The notes under the pieces were generated by a model, which had not been told where the DNA came from, ran no database searches, and saw only the letters and a program-made list of their open reading frames with translations. A stretch of 64,000 nt of DNA from Octopus vulgaris (taxonomy: Eukaryota). Each line of letters begins with the position of its first letter. Position 1 is the stretch's first letter. Below, piece after piece: positions 28,926 through 43,970 of this stretch. The stretch lies in assembly GCA_951406725.2 (NCBI GenBank), contig OX597817.1:121086001-121150000 (forward strand). The letters are read 5' to 3'. Both the position numbers and the translations under genes were made by a program.

Positions 28926-29202
28926 TGATAATTTTGAAGCTTTAATATGTATATACATATATGGACCAGGTGGTGTCTTGTGTTCTTGAGCAAAATATTT
29001 CACCTCTCATCGCTTTGTGATCACTTTGATCTGACATATGGTACACTATGCACCTGTTCAAGTAATGTCAATTTAATGAAGGGAGTGAGTTAGTGTACAG
29101 CTGAAACATTTGATCACTATAAACAAATTTAAAATAAATCATTTGTGTATTGTCGTGCTGCAAGAAATTGCAGAAGTGACTTTCTTGTACTAAGAGAGAC
29201 GA

Positions 29203-29285
<83 letters not shown>

Positions 29286-29286
29286 G

Positions 29287-29730
29287 TGGTTAGGGTAGTG
29301 GACTCGCGTTCGTAGGATCGCAGTTTCGATTCCCAGACAGGGTATTGTGAGTGTTTATTGAGCAAAAACACCTAAAGCTCCACGAGGCTCCAGCAAGGAG
29401 TGGTGGTGAACCCTGCTGTACTCTTTCACCACAAATTTCTCACTCTTTCTTCCTGTTTCTGTTGTACCTGTATTTCAAAGGGCCAGCTTTGTCACACTCT
29501 GTGTCACACTAAATTTCCCCGAGAACTACGTAAAGGGTACACGTGTCTGTGGAATGCTCAGCCACTTGCACATTAATGAATGAGCTGCGACATCACTGGT
29601 GCCAAGCTGTATTGGATACCATCGGTGGCGCGGTGCTGGTCTTCCATAAACAACCTTGCCCAGACTTGCGCGTCGGAGGGTGGCTTTCTAGGTGCAATCC
29701 CATAGTCAGTCATACCGAAGGGGGTCGCAA
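29287..29730 (+). mobile_element. Composite tRNA-derived SINE
   Basis: Head resembles 51547-51845, middle resembles 17170-17281, tail resembles 12663-12885. Confidence 0.75.
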
Positions 29731-29734
29731 CAAA

Positions 29735-30446
<712 letters not shown>

Positions 30447-32079
30447 CACGTACACGTGGACATTAACACATACACACGTATGCATATATGCATGTAAAAT
30501 GAGAAAGAAAAATTTTTTAAAACTGCATTTGGGGACTAAATCATGAATGGACATATGTAACTTACGGGCAGGAACTTTGCAGAACAATGGCACTAGATTA
30601 TTGAAAAAAAATCGGGTTACACATCCCACCAGGTATTTCACATATTCATGTATGCTTCATGAGCTTACGACTTTTGGCACGTGTGCAAGCGTATAAACAC
30701 TACTGACGTCTTTGAAAGCACTTGGAACCAAGTCAAAACGACAACATTGAAAGCATCTAGGGAGAGGGCGGCAAACAAACGAATAGATATGAAAGAAAAA
30801 GACACAAATAAGCAGGATTTTCATAAATAATTCTTTATAATATAATAAGGGAAGAGAACCAAAACATAAATTTCCTCCTCACTTTTATTTATTTATTTAT
30901 TTATTTATTTATGTATTTATTTATCTATATTCTGTACAGGGCGACTGTGTGGTAGCGGAGAGAGAGAGAGAGAAAAAAAGAGAGAGAGAGAGAAAAAAAA
31001 AAGAGAGAGAGAGAAAAAAAAGAGAGAGAAAAAAAAAAGAGAGAGAGAGAGAGAGTGTAAGCTTTCATGTAAAGTGCACATTTCATGAATGAGATTTTTT
31101 TCCTTCGTCTTCAATTTTTTGTCTTTTCATGTTGTCATATTCACATGGTGGGTGTTTTAATCGATGAAGACCAGATATGGGTACTATTAGAATTTTATTA
31201 TGAATGAGTAAAGTCAGGAAAACATAGGTAAGCTGTCGCAAAACCATTAAAGTTGATATCACAATATACAAAAGAAAACAATAACCAGAAAAATATTCAA
31301 AGCATAATATGGAGGGAGTAAACATTAAAATGACATTACATTAGTTTTTGGTTGTCTAAAAGTTCTTCATTCTTTATATTCTCTTGAATATTTGGAGATT
31401 TGGATGTATAGGATATAAAAGATATTTACAACATTAAAATCATCACGTAGCTGCCTATCATCACTTCCTCACTCTCTTTTCTCTCATGCTTCTATTCCAG
31501 TCACTCTGGTACGTCTCCTTTTATCCCTCTGTTATCCTCTTTTTCTTTTTATATCTGGCTCTCTTCTCTCATAGTTTTGTGAGAAGGTGAGGAACAGACA
31601 TAGAGACGACACAAGGAAGAAGAGAGTACACTTTTTAGTTTTGTCAGGAACAAGGTAACCCACCAGTGCTGGTTGTCATAAAGTGCAGTGTAAAAAATTT
31701 AGTCTTGTTAGAAACATGATGTGTTGAATGGAATGGTAATGGTTACACATATAATATACATCATCATCATTTAACGTCCATTGTCCATGCTGGCATGGGT
31801 TGGACGGTTTGACTGAGCTGGCACACTAGAAGGCTGCACCAGACTCCAGTCTCATTTGACATAGTTTTCTATGGCTGGATGCCCTTCCTAACATCAACCA
31901 CTCTGAGAGTGTAATGGGTGCTTTTACATTCCACAAGCACAGGTGCCATTTGTGTGACACTAGATTGCTTTTATATGCCACCAGCATAGGTGCCATTTGC
32001 ATAATACTGATATCTGTCATGACTGCAAATTTGCTTGGCTACATATATATATATATACACATATACATATGTATATACG

Positions 32080-32257
<178 letters not shown>

Positions 32258-32264
32258 CATATAA

Positions 32265-32380
<116 letters not shown>

Positions 32381-32886
32381 ATATATATATGTATGTATAT
32401 ATATTTATAATTTTAGCACTCCATTCCTTGCAACAATTAGGGCTCCTGTTGGTCTGATCAATGGAACAGTCTGCATGTGAAATTAACCCGCATGTAGCTG
32501 AGCACTCCACAGACATGCATACCCTTAATGTAGTTCTCAGAGAAATTTCAGCATGAGATAGAATGTGACAAAGGTTGGCCCTTTGAAATACAGATACTCC
32601 TCATTTTTGCCAGCTGAGTGGACTGGAACAATGTGAAATAAACCATCTTGCCCAATGATGTAATGCATCACCAGGAGTGGAACTCCTGACCTTGCAATCA
32701 TAAGCTAAATACTCTAACCACTAAGCCACATGCCTTTATTATATATATGTATATCTATATCACACACATAATATCACATGACCGACCTGACCATCAGATG
32801 TTGCTACACATCACTGGTCACAATGTGCTTCGAATGACGCCACCCCACTGGCTAAGCGAGCAGGCCAGTATATCTATATATATATA

Positions 32887-33150
32887 CTTTATTTAAAAGC
32901 AGCAGAGATTCAACAAAACCTGTTACTCTGAGTTTCACGTTCTCGTTCGTTGGACACTTTTTGTTAAAAAAAATTTTTTTTTGTATTTTTTTTAACAAAA
33001 ACTGTCCGACGAACGGGAATGTGAAACTCAGAGTAACAGGTTTTGTTGAATTTCTGCTGCTTTTAAATAAAGCATATTACTCTACCCCTGGTATTTGAGT
33101 ACTCTTTTTTCCACCTTGTTTCACATTTATGTGTTTACTCTGGTATCTAT
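32887..33150 (+). mobile_element. Fold-back hammerhead element (arms ~32887-32972 and ~32987-33072, plus 3' extension) between TA tracts
   Basis: ctttatttaaaagcagcagagattcaacaaaacctgttactctgagtttcac is the reverse complement of 33021-33072 with one mismatch; same family as 28878-28925. Confidence 0.8.
33002..33039 (+). ncRNA. Minimal hammerhead variant (CCGACGA core); inverted copy at 32920-32957 on the minus strand
   Basis: ctgt-CCGACGA-acg-ggaa-tgt-GAAA-CTC-A-GAG-TA-acag. Confidence 0.65.
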
Positions 33151-33707
33151 ATATATATATTTTTTTTTTTCTTATTGCATTTGATTAAAGTTCCTTTTTC
33201 CCATGCCAGCATGGGTTGCAGTGAATGGGAAATGTTTTTTTTTAATGTATGAGTTTCTGACTGGATGCCGTTCCAGTCATAAACCCATATTTCACATATT
33301 TTTCCAATCACAGAATAACTAGTCATAACATCAACAAGGAGTGTAAATATCAGTCACCATTTTGCTGAAGCGAAGGCGTTGAATGTCAACACACAAACAT
33401 ACACACATATCTATACAGATATGACTACTTTCTTACAGTTTCTGTCAACAAATTTCTTTAAAAAAAAGCTCAGGGCAGGTGCTAATAGAAGACTCTTGCC
33501 TAAGGCCCTACACAGTGTGGTTGAACTTGAAACCATGTGGTTGTGATAGTAAACATCTTAAATACACAACTATAATTTCATCTGTATGTGTGTGGGTGTA
33601 TATGTTAATATAAATATGCATATATATATATATATATACACACATGCACTCACAAACATATATACACAAATACACTCACACACACATACATACTTACATA
33701 TATACAT

Positions 33708-33740
<33 letters not shown>

Positions 33741-33741
33741 C

Positions 33742-33773
<32 letters not shown>

Positions 33774-34740
33774 GTATGTATGTATATCTCATGCACACAC
33801 GGACACATACATATGTATATGTGTGTATGGATGTTAAATGATGATGATGATACACACACACACACACACACACCAATCATGGTTTTTCTGTACTTTGATG
33901 TAATTTCAGTTCTACCTGTTTTACAATTTGTGTTATAGCGTATTATTTTTCATATATTTTATGTTCTGTTTACCGGAGGCAATGAACAAAGTCATCATCA
34001 TCCACATCACATTTACCATCATCACCATCACCTTTACCATTATCATTCTGCTCATCATCATCTGTATTATTTTTATCATTGTTATCATCTTCATTATTTC
34101 ACTCATTATTATAAAAAAACAAGAACGAAAACAAAAATCGTAAGAAAAAAGCAAGCAAGGCCGAATGAGAAGTTATCTTAGCTTCTAGCATTTTCTGAAT
34201 AAATTGGAATTTTAAGATATTTCAAAAAGTATATAGTTCCTTGCTATGATGAATTGCTGTCAAAAAAATTTGATTCAGTTTGTTCAAAAGAGGTTAATTG
34301 TTTTTGCTGGTTCTTTGCAACTCTTCTGTGAGCAGAGGAAAACTCACAATGCTTCAGTTAACATCAAACTTTTCCTTTCAAACGAGATAATTCATAATTC
34401 ATACATATGTATATGTTTATATATACATATATATATGCATGTATTTATGTAAGTATGTATGTATATATGTATACATGTATGTATGTTTGTGTGTGTGTGT
34501 GTATGTGTTTGTGAATATGCATATATTTATATATATATATATATATACACACACATACATATATGAACATATACATATATGTGCAAATATGTGTGTGTGT
34601 GTATATATATATATGTATGTATGTGTGCGTGTGTGTGGATATATGTATATGATATATATAGATAAAAACTTACTTGGAAGAGGATGCGTGGCATTCAGTC
34701 ATGTAATAATATAAATAATACATATATATATATATATATA

Positions 34741-34881
34741 AATTTATTAATAAGGATAATATCGATATTATCAAGTTGCCAACATGGGAAACATACCATA
34801 CAAAGGTAATAATTTTTTACAACTAAAAATAAGGGTGTCCAGGCACACCCTTATTTTTAGTTGTAAAAAATTATTACCTTT
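34741..34881. repeat. Short fold-back insert in (TA)n with a perfect 37-bp stem (34802-34838 / 34845-34881)
   Basis: aaaggtaataattttttacaactaaaaataagggtgt-ccaggc-exact reverse complement. Confidence 0.9.
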
Positions 34882-35232
34882 ATATATATATGCCTATATA
34901 CATATGTATATGCATATGTGGGCACAGGACATCATGAAATGTGTACAACAAAAAATACGAAGTACGAGTACATGGAATATGAACAATTTTCCACAGATGG
35001 AAAATGAGACAAACAGCATACAGAACGATCCTTCATCAGTTGTTGGCTGTTTTTCTACTCTCGTATTTCAAGCATTTAACAACAGTATACACTTTCGATA
35101 AACCAGTTGCTCCCGCAAAGCAAATTAAATCAAATTTGGTGTTTTGTGGATGGTCAAAATTGGTTAAATTTTCTTATTGTTAAACAAAATTCCATCACGC
35201 TATCTGTTATTTATGACTTTGTGTGTGTGTGT

Positions 35233-35563
35233 TTGTTGCTGAATGGCACGAGGAATATTCTAGTGAAGTTGAACATCTTATCTGGCTACCTCAGTCTCAA
35301 GATCTCAATATTATTGAACATTTATAGTGCATTTTAATAAAAAAAGGTAAGGAGCCGATATCCTCCACCATCATCACTGCAAGAACTGGAGACTGTTTCA
35401 GCTGAAGAATGAACGAAAATTTCTTTGGAAACAATTCAAGCTTTGTACAAGTCCATACCTCATAGATTTCAAACTCTAATTACTGCCAAAGGTGATCCTA
35501 CCCCATATTAAAATAAATTTGTTTGAAATTTTAAGGTGTTTCCATTATTTTGTCCAACCCATG
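35233..35563 (+). mobile_element. Tc1-family transposon 3' end (transposase pseudogene fragment plus TIR)
   Basis: Translates as EVEHLIWLPQSQDLNIIEHL*...KVRSRYPPPSSLQELE...SIPHRFQTLITAKGDPTPY*, matching the Tc1 WPxxSPDLNxIE motif and C-terminus; ends ttttgtccaacccatg|TA. Confidence 0.9.
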
Positions 35564-35667
35564 TATATATTGTGTGTGCATGTGTGTATGTGTGTGTGCA
35601 TATGTGTGTACATGAAAGACAATATTTCAAGAACTGCACTTAGATTACAGATTTGGTTTGCCAAAAG

Positions 35668-35921
35668 CAGTGATTCTCATTCAGGGTCCATTTGACCCTT
35701 AGGGTTCCATAAAAGATTTTGCTGTTATGGGTTGTGTGCAATAAATTGCTTATACTCCTAAAATACACAAAACATTAAAAATATTTTTTTTATATAATTC
35801 TTAATAATATTTAACTATATAAATATAGGATTTTTTAAACATGAAATGGCTGTGAGGGTCTATCTGACGAAAACTGAAAAAATAAAGGGGTCCATTGACA
35901 AAAAATGGTTGAGAAATGCTG
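35668..35921. mobile_element. hAT-type MITE
   Basis: cagtgattctca ... tgagaaatgctg TIRs; 8-bp flanks gccaaaag / acctaaag. Confidence 0.7.
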
Positions 35922-36864
35922 ACCTAAAGCATACCACTATTTCTCCATAGCCTTCAAAAGACTTCCCTTCTACCTTTTGCGAAATACTGCAAAATCCCTG
36001 TCATCATCATCGTCATCACTACCACCATTATTCACCATCCATATTCCTTGCTGGCATGTTGGATGCCCTTCCTAATACTTATCACTTTACAGCATGCACT
36101 CAATGCTTTGTTTCATGTCACTAGCACTAAATAAAGCTGTAATGTAGGTGGGGGGGTGCAACTTTATGCTAGAAGATAAGGGGCAAAAAATGGCTACAAT
36201 TAAAAATGGAAGCATGAGCGTAACGAAGAGAGGAGCAGAAAATGTAGGAGATGGCTGATAATGCTGAGCAGCAGAATGATAAAGACAAAATCACTTTTAA
36301 AAAAAGTCATAGTTTAATTTCTGTTTGGAATCTTCAAAACTTTAGTCAATAATTTTATCATTTACAATAACTTCTATGATTGTTGCAAAAGCTGTATCAG
36401 TTTCGAAGATAATAGCGGAGACAATGACCACTGTCTAAGAAAGAAAAGCAAAACATGACATGATTAAAGTAATAGTTTGGTACCCGTATATTGACATTGT
36501 ATGTAGTGTTTCTCATATTTTTCATTGAAACCATTCATTTATTGATTTATGGTTTTGGAATGTTTATTATAAAAGCACACAAGATGTTATATCAATACAA
36601 TCTACTAATGGCTAAAGAGTGGTTTAGAGGTAGAATGCTGCATAATGAAGTTTACAGCTCAGAGTTCTTTTTGTCTCTCTGTCTGTCTGGTAGATTTTAA
36701 AATTTCTTATTTGCAAGATTCCACCTCCACCATCACCACTATTATCATCATCATCATTTCTTTATGAATTGGTTATCCAGAGAGCAAAGAGCTTTCATTG
36801 TTGGTCAGGGTGATAGGGTACTCAATAATCAGATGAAAGGTTGTTATTATTAAGGTTGTTATTG

Positions 36865-37090
36865 TTGTTGGTATTGTTGCTAACTTCCAGAGTCAGTTCT
36901 CATCAAGCAGACATACCATAAAAGGCATTCCAGCTATGATCATCCAATCTCTTTTTCAGATTAAGTGTATGTATGACCATACTCTCTGATGTGCTCTCCC
37001 ATTTTATAAAAAAAACAATAGGATGAGATATGAAAGAAATTTGGCTGCTGTTTCTAGCAGATCAAACTATCATGTAGATGTTCCTTCATT
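36865..37090. repeat. Old interspersed repeat (family E, probable SINE with (AAC)n tail on the minus strand)
   Basis: atcaagcagac...aaaggcattccagctatga...atttggctgctgtttctagcag; related copies near 17430, 20800, 52735, 53490 and inverted near 22140, 22640, 43650, 47250. Confidence 0.65.
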
Positions 37091-39212
37091 GCTTCAAGCT
37101 GTGAGATTGGTGATTTGCATTCTTTCATCATCAAACAAGTGATGTTAAACTGGAGTCCTTATTTATTTTCTGAAAGTGGCTAATATTTCTGCTATATAAG
37201 TATATTTTGATTTAGACAAGGTTGTGTGAATGTTGAGTTCCCTTGGTAAGCACATGGATCTTTCCTAATGTCGGGTATATTGGGCAAGTTTTTTCTACTA
37301 TAGCACCTAGGGTGGCTGAATATCTTGCAAGTGGAATTGGAAGCTTGTTAATTTTATAGGTGTGGCTGTGTGGTAAGAAACTTGTTTTCCAACCCCATGG
37401 TTGTGGGTTCAGTCCCACTGCGTGGCACCTTGGGGCAAGTGTTTTCTACTATAGCCTTGGGTCAACCAAAGCCTTATGAATGGATTTGGTAAATGGAAAC
37501 TGAGTGTGTGTGTGGGGGAGTGTTTGTGTGTGTGTGTGTATGTGTCTCTCTCTCTCTCTATGCATGAATGCTATCATTTCCTGTCATTGCATGATACCGT
37601 CAGAATAAAACAGTGATGTCGTGTTTATATACTCTATGAGATAATACATTCTATCTCTCTGTGCTATCAAAGACCAGTGGAATAAAATGATTCCTAACTT
37701 GAAAAACAGGTAAGAGTTGATGACATGAAGGTCATCCCTCATAAAATATTAACATAAATATATTCCCATTCAACTTATGCCAGCATGAATAAAAAAAAAT
37801 GAGCGCCAAAATTTGGCAGTAAAAACGAGTGCACGAAGAAGAATGAACATTAGTTGTTTGAGCAAAAATCCTTACTGATGAAGAAAAATTAGTATTTAAA
37901 TATGATAGAAATATTTTTGTTAAAATTTCTGTTGCTAATTTACAAAATTAGTTGCATTCCAAGTAGAATATTTCTAAATTAACAAGTATTAGAAGTCATT
38001 ATAAGTAGGTGCAGTTTAAATTTCCATTAGTTGCTTCATTGTATTTTTTAAATACATTAAGAATACAATTGTTGCATAAACATCTTCATGTACTTTTTCA
38101 TGAACATCTAATACTCTAAAAGTAAGAATAAGTTGAATATTCCAAAAGAGGAAAATCTAGCCAGAAGACATACATATATATGTATGTATGTATGTATGTA
38201 CATATGTTTGTGTATGTATGTATTTATGTATGCACATACATATGTAGATATGCTGAGAGAATTTTTCAAATAGAAAAAGGTAGTTTTCATAATGGATAGT
38301 TCATATTTGAATGTAATAAAAATGCTTCTTGGAATACTAAAACTCAGACAATTAGTTCTTGAACAAAGAAGGGGAAAGACTGCAACATTATTTTAATGGA
38401 AGAAAGGTAACAGCTGGGTTAGTTTTTAAAAAAGATGAGTTTGTTGCTGCTGCTGTTGTTGTTGTTGTTGTCGTCTTTGGATTTAAGATAGGTAGATGAC
38501 ATGTAATAGAAGACACAATGATCATTTTTTTCTCAAACTACTTAGTATGTAGTTTGAGGCATTGGGTTTTGTATATCAACAGCAACTGTAGTCATAGAAA
38601 ATCTTAATGCATTTCTCTCAGTTTCTGTTTTATAGCGGACAAATCTTATCTGAAAGTATTTTCATGACCGTAATATGCTTATTGCTACAAGGTTATGGAA
38701 AATATAAGGTATATTTGAAAATACTACACTATTTTGTACAAACCCATGTTCTTTTATTATGTGCTCAGCATGATCAAATGATTAAAAAGTTTGCTTTTCT
38801 TTTCATCCTTCTAAAAATGAAGAAATACATATTGGGATTGGAGTAATCAGCTAATAACTATTTGGCCACTCCCAAATATGACCACAGTTTAAAGACTGAA
38901 ACCAGGAAAAGACGAGAAAATAACAAAGTATAGAATTGTTAAGATGCCCGAAAACTGTATATTTATATATTCTGTGAACTTCTAAATCTTAAAAGAATCA
39001 ATTTTCTTCATGTATATATTTCCAGTCAAATGAAAAATGTCCTTCCTGTATTCAACATGCAAGATTCTTGCTGTGAACCTGTATGTTGAAATATATATTT
39101 TCAGGGTGGGTCACTATGCCAATAAACATACACACACCAGTTTTATTTTACTTTATTATTCACATTTGGTTGTCTATTTAACAAATGAACTAATAAATTA
39201 TTTGATTGATTA

Positions 39213-39725
39213 CACTGTGTAACAAAATTTTAATTTTAATTATTTTTTTGTCTTTGTACAGTAAGTGTTATTTCCTATTTGCTTCTATCTAGAAATCCGC
39301 CCCCTCCCCCACCCCAAAAAATTACTACTTCTCCCTTCAAAATTTGCTTTTGTGACCTGGAAATCAATGTTTTGAAACTGACCTATTTTCCATTACATTT
39401 CAGGCAAATTCATGTCTGAGTTACTGAAACAGAATTATTGATATAGCAAATATTCTGCTCAATACTACAGATTGGCTTGTAGGTTGCTTAACCTTAACCA
39501 CTTGAACTTATCCCTTAGTGGCTGACAATATGTGCAACTCTAATCAAGTACAGAAGTGAGTAGTGGGGAAGCATCATAGCTGAGAGGGATTCTTTGGGAT
39601 TTGAATAAATATTGCAGCAAAAGCAAAGTTTGAAGGAAATATTGGCCATTTATCATAGTTTCTAGTGGGTAAGCAAATGGGAAATCACAGTTGCTACCCA
39701 AGGACAAAAATCATGTTACACAGTG
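39213..39725. mobile_element. Non-autonomous TIR DNA element, second copy
   Basis: cactgtgtaaca ... tgttacacagtg perfect 12-bp TIR; collinear with 16158-16645. Confidence 0.8.
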
Positions 39726-40958
39726 CTATACAGTTAATTAATCAATCAGTTATTTTTGTTGAAGTCCTTTCGTTGTCACTTGTGGTCTCTTCATTATCAT
39801 ACTCCCAAGGTCAGCTTCAGGTCTATAAAATTCTTAGTATAAAAAAAGAGTTAAACCCTGCTCCCACCTCCAAAACACAGCATCAACAAAAGATCCTGTT
39901 AGAAATGAAGGTCTCTTTTTATAACTTCACAACTGGGATCTTGCAATTTGTTTAGTGTGGTGGACTTGAAAACATCTGTGTCTATTTCTATTTTATTACT
40001 ATTTCTATTTATGCTACCATCTGTTCTTTCACCTTTGTTGACTTCCATGACTTTGGATTTTGTTACAAGTTATTCTAGCAATTCCTTTATATTAAGATTT
40101 ATTATTATTATTTTATCACTTTTTATGTAATTAAATAATGCAAGGTTTCTATCTATTTCAAAACTGAGATAGTAACTGAAGAAATCATTGAAGTCAAATG
40201 AAAAAGAAGTGAAATATAGATAAACAATTGCTGGTGGGTGTATTTAAAGGCTTTTTTAATCATAACTCTTCCCAAATAAGATATTCTAAAAACTGTATAT
40301 TCTAAAAACATTAGATAAAGAATTCTTTTCCAAGTTTGCCTGTTTACAGCAATAGCTTGTTTGCAAAATGGACCTTCTACCCTCACTGAAAATAAACAAA
40401 AACAAAAAAACAAACAAAAAGACAGTTACTCATTTTATCCAGTGCTGATTAATTACAGTGATCTGATAGTAATTAGTGATGTTTTTCAGTGCTGACAGGT
40501 CTACTAAAGGTAGTTGAACTGAGAAATGTAAAAATTTAATTTGGAAATATTTTTCCATTTGTAATATTAACAAATATAAGGATGGTGCATTGGCAGAATT
40601 ATTAGAGTGTTGGACAAACCATGTTACAGTATTTAGTTATCACATATTTCTTTCAAATCATATCAAGGGCAGCTTTGTTTTTCGTGGTTCTGGAGTAGGT
40701 TGATAAAATAAAGAACTAAACTAATAATTTATCAGTTTAATACTTCACTAACTCTATACTCTTCACCTATGTGTGGCCTTGTACCAATGTCAGAAATCAA
40801 GGCCCATAAAAAGTAATAATAGTAGTGTTACGCCATTGAAAACTATGTTTGGATTTCAATGTATCTTATCCTGGTTAAATACCAAATGATATTATTCACT
40901 GTAGTTATGTGCCGTTGGTTGTTTAAAAAGTAGAAATTTTATAATAAATCATTATTCG

Positions 40959-41347
40959 CATCATCATCATCATTGTTCGACTGTGGTCGAGACAATGGAA
41001 TTTACTATGCTACGCCAGACTTCACGGTCCATCATGGCATTACGGAGGTCCTGTTGCTGGATGCCTGTATCCCTGGAGATTACATCAGGGTAGGAGAGTG
41101 TGCGCCCTCTGGTACTGCGAGTAGATGGCTTCCAGAAGAGAAGAGTAGAAATTATCTCTTTTTCAGCTCTACAACAATGTCCAGCAAACTGGACTCTCCT
41201 ACCTTTCACAAGAGATGACACAGGTGGTAGTTTCCCATATATTTGCATTTTGGTTGGATGGCGCTTCCACGAGAGATTTTGAGCTCTCATAAGGAGGCGA
41301 GTGTAGGTTCCATCCAACTGCCTCTCAAGCTTCTTTGATAACGTCCA
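40959..41347 (-). mobile_element. 5'-truncated RTE/RTE-X-like LINE 3' end with uninterrupted ORF C-terminus
   Basis: WTLSKKLERQLDGTYTRLLMRAQNLSW...RRVQFAGHCCR...AMMDREVWR is typical post-RT sequence of RTE-clade ORFs; the stop runs into a (TGA)n tail. Confidence 0.9.
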
Positions 41348-41577
41348 GTTGACTGCATTCAAATGCAAATAAGTTTACCACTGTTGTGTATGTCACAAGA
41401 GAAGTAGTTCTCTTTTTACAACGGCTTGTGTGTCTTGTCTTTGCTGAACTTATAAAAGAATACTCCCAGCTCTTGTTTAAACTCAAAGGTCCAGGAGTGC
41501 TTTTGGCTGATGAGACACGATATTGAAATTCTAATGTGTGAGAATCCCTTACACCAATCAGTTGACTGCATTAAAAA

Positions 41578-41850
41578 CATATTGTTGTTATACAGGGGGA
41601 AATTGTCCTCCTGTTCCTATGACATAGACAACAGCTATCAGCATGTCTGCTTTCAAATCTGCCAGAATGTATTAAGTATAAATATGCATGTCACCATTCG
41701 AATATTTATTGTGTGTTACGAACACATTGTCATTGTAAAGGGAGAAATTGTCCTCCTGTGACATACACAACAGTGATCAGCATATTTGCATTTAAATCTA
41801 CCTGAATATATAAATAATAAATATGCAAGTCATCATTAGAATATTTATTC
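41578..41850. repeat. Diverged ~145-bp tandem duplication
   Basis: gaaattgtcctcctgt...tgacata(g/c)acaacag...aaatatgca(t/a)gtca(c/t)catt(c/a)gaatatttatt occurs twice. Confidence 0.85.
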
Positions 41851-42539
41851 TATCTCAGAATATGATGGAAACATCGAAAGAAAGAATTGTCAGCTACCTC
41901 AAGTGAAAGAAGAAAAAAATCTTGTCATATTTAATTCAATTACAACTCTTTATGTTCTGTGTTCAAATGTGGTTGAGGTCAACTTTGCTTTTCATCCTAC
42001 TGGGGTTGATTGAATACAGTAACTATAAAGTACTTGACTTAATTTAATTGACTTACCTTCTAAAGATGTGTGCAGTCTTGTGCCTATATCATAAATAAAT
42101 ATTACTGTTGCATGACCAATTAGAGAAAGATACTTGACTACACTGAAAGGACAACCATGGTAAATATTCTTTGGTATATGACTATAAGAATGGTTCTCAT
42201 GACATTGTTATGAACTACGCATACAAAACAATTGTTTCTAAACAATGATACTGCAATTACAAAATATATTTCAAATTACTTTTGGGAGAAATATTTTCCT
42301 ACAATATTTAGTAGCAACAAGCAAAGAAAATAAACAATTATTCCTATTTGCTTAACAGTTATAAATTTATTCTTTCTCTTATAACTTCTGCAATGTAATA
42401 GGACGAGAACAGAAGAAAATGTATGTTGTGAACAACTTTTAATATTCTGCAATTTAAAACTGCTGCAGACATGTATCTGTTTAAAAATTTTTTTTTTCAA
42501 CAGAATTTATTGAATTACTCTATTCTGTTTAGAAATGGA

Positions 42540-42688
<149 letters not shown>

Positions 42689-43970
42689 ATAGCTAAATAT
42701 TGTATAAGTATGATAATAAGCAACAAAAGTATAACCTGACTATAATTTTTCTTTTATGGAATTTCATGAAAATGAAGTCCCTCTAACTTTTAAACTAAAA
42801 ACCTCTCAGCATTTAGTTACAAATTTAAATTATAGATACAAGTATTTTATATTTGAAATTGCTATCTGAATCAATTATATTATCTTTTAAAATTTTCTTT
42901 TTAATGTGATTTTTATAGCCTTATAAGGATATTTCAATAAACAGGTTGCAAAAGTATAATCAAGAATGATTTGAGAAAAACTTTTGAAGATTTATTTGCC
43001 TGCATTCTTTCAAATTTTATTTGATAAATCTATCAAGACACCCTGAACCCCTTTCTTAGAATCAATATTCCAATTCAAACTACAGGCTTTCAATTTTCTA
43101 TTTCTCTTTGTACAAAATAAGATTCTAGAGTATTTAGAATGTCATTTTATTTAATGATTTTAGTTAAGTGTTGCTCACAGAAAGCAGAGCCATTCATATG
43201 ATGATGATAAAGATGATGAGAGGGAGAAGGATGATACGACGATGATGATGATAATGATATCAATAACAAGAATTATAACAGTAGTTTCAGCAGCAGCAGC
43301 AGCAGCAAGAACAACAATAATAGCAGCTATAATAATTTTTATAATGACATGTGTTTATATATGTAACTGAAACTGTATCAGCCCTTCCTCACATCATCTA
43401 TCACGCCCTCCTTATGTAATTTCTACCTCACACCACTTCTTTCATCAACCATCTCTGTAAAGAAAGGGAACAGGGAGAAAAAGAGAGAAAAAATAAAGAG
43501 AGGGGGAAAAGTAAGGAAATAGAGAAAGGGAAAATTCAGGAAGAGAGGGAGAGAGAAGGGAAGTAAACGATTAAGGTGATGTCAAGGTATACTAGTGGGT
43601 CCCAGTTTTCAGCAAGATAACTTTTACATACTTGCTTGGTCTACTAGAGCTGTAGCTAAATATTTTTCCAAATCACGGCATATTGTCTTAAATAAAGATA
43701 CTAAACAATGTAGTTTCTGATATACAAGAACAACAGGATGGTCACACCTGCAATGCCTTTCATCACAGATCAGTTCGATCAGACCTGATCTGAAGCTAAG
43801 TTTATTCCAAATCAACAGGATAATGCCTCCATGTAGTTAATAAACTTGCTAGAAATGGCAGCTAAATAACACCTGTCCCCAACTTACTGACTTAGATTAA
43901 GAAAGAACACACCAAACAATCTGGTACTATAAGCACAAAGAGAGGAAATTATATATATATATATATATAT

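Noticed and set aside
34920-35080. CTGATGA-agg on the minus strand (35033-35039) and the related CTGAAGA-agg...cct at ~56304
   Set aside because: Only the 5' half of a hammerhead core; no correctly placed GAAA/stem III/stem I. Possibly a related repeat family but not callable as a ribozyme
40340-40425. Strong-looking minus-strand splice acceptor (poly-T...ttttcag)
   Set aside because: No convincing donor or recognisable peptide; poly-T tracts are common here
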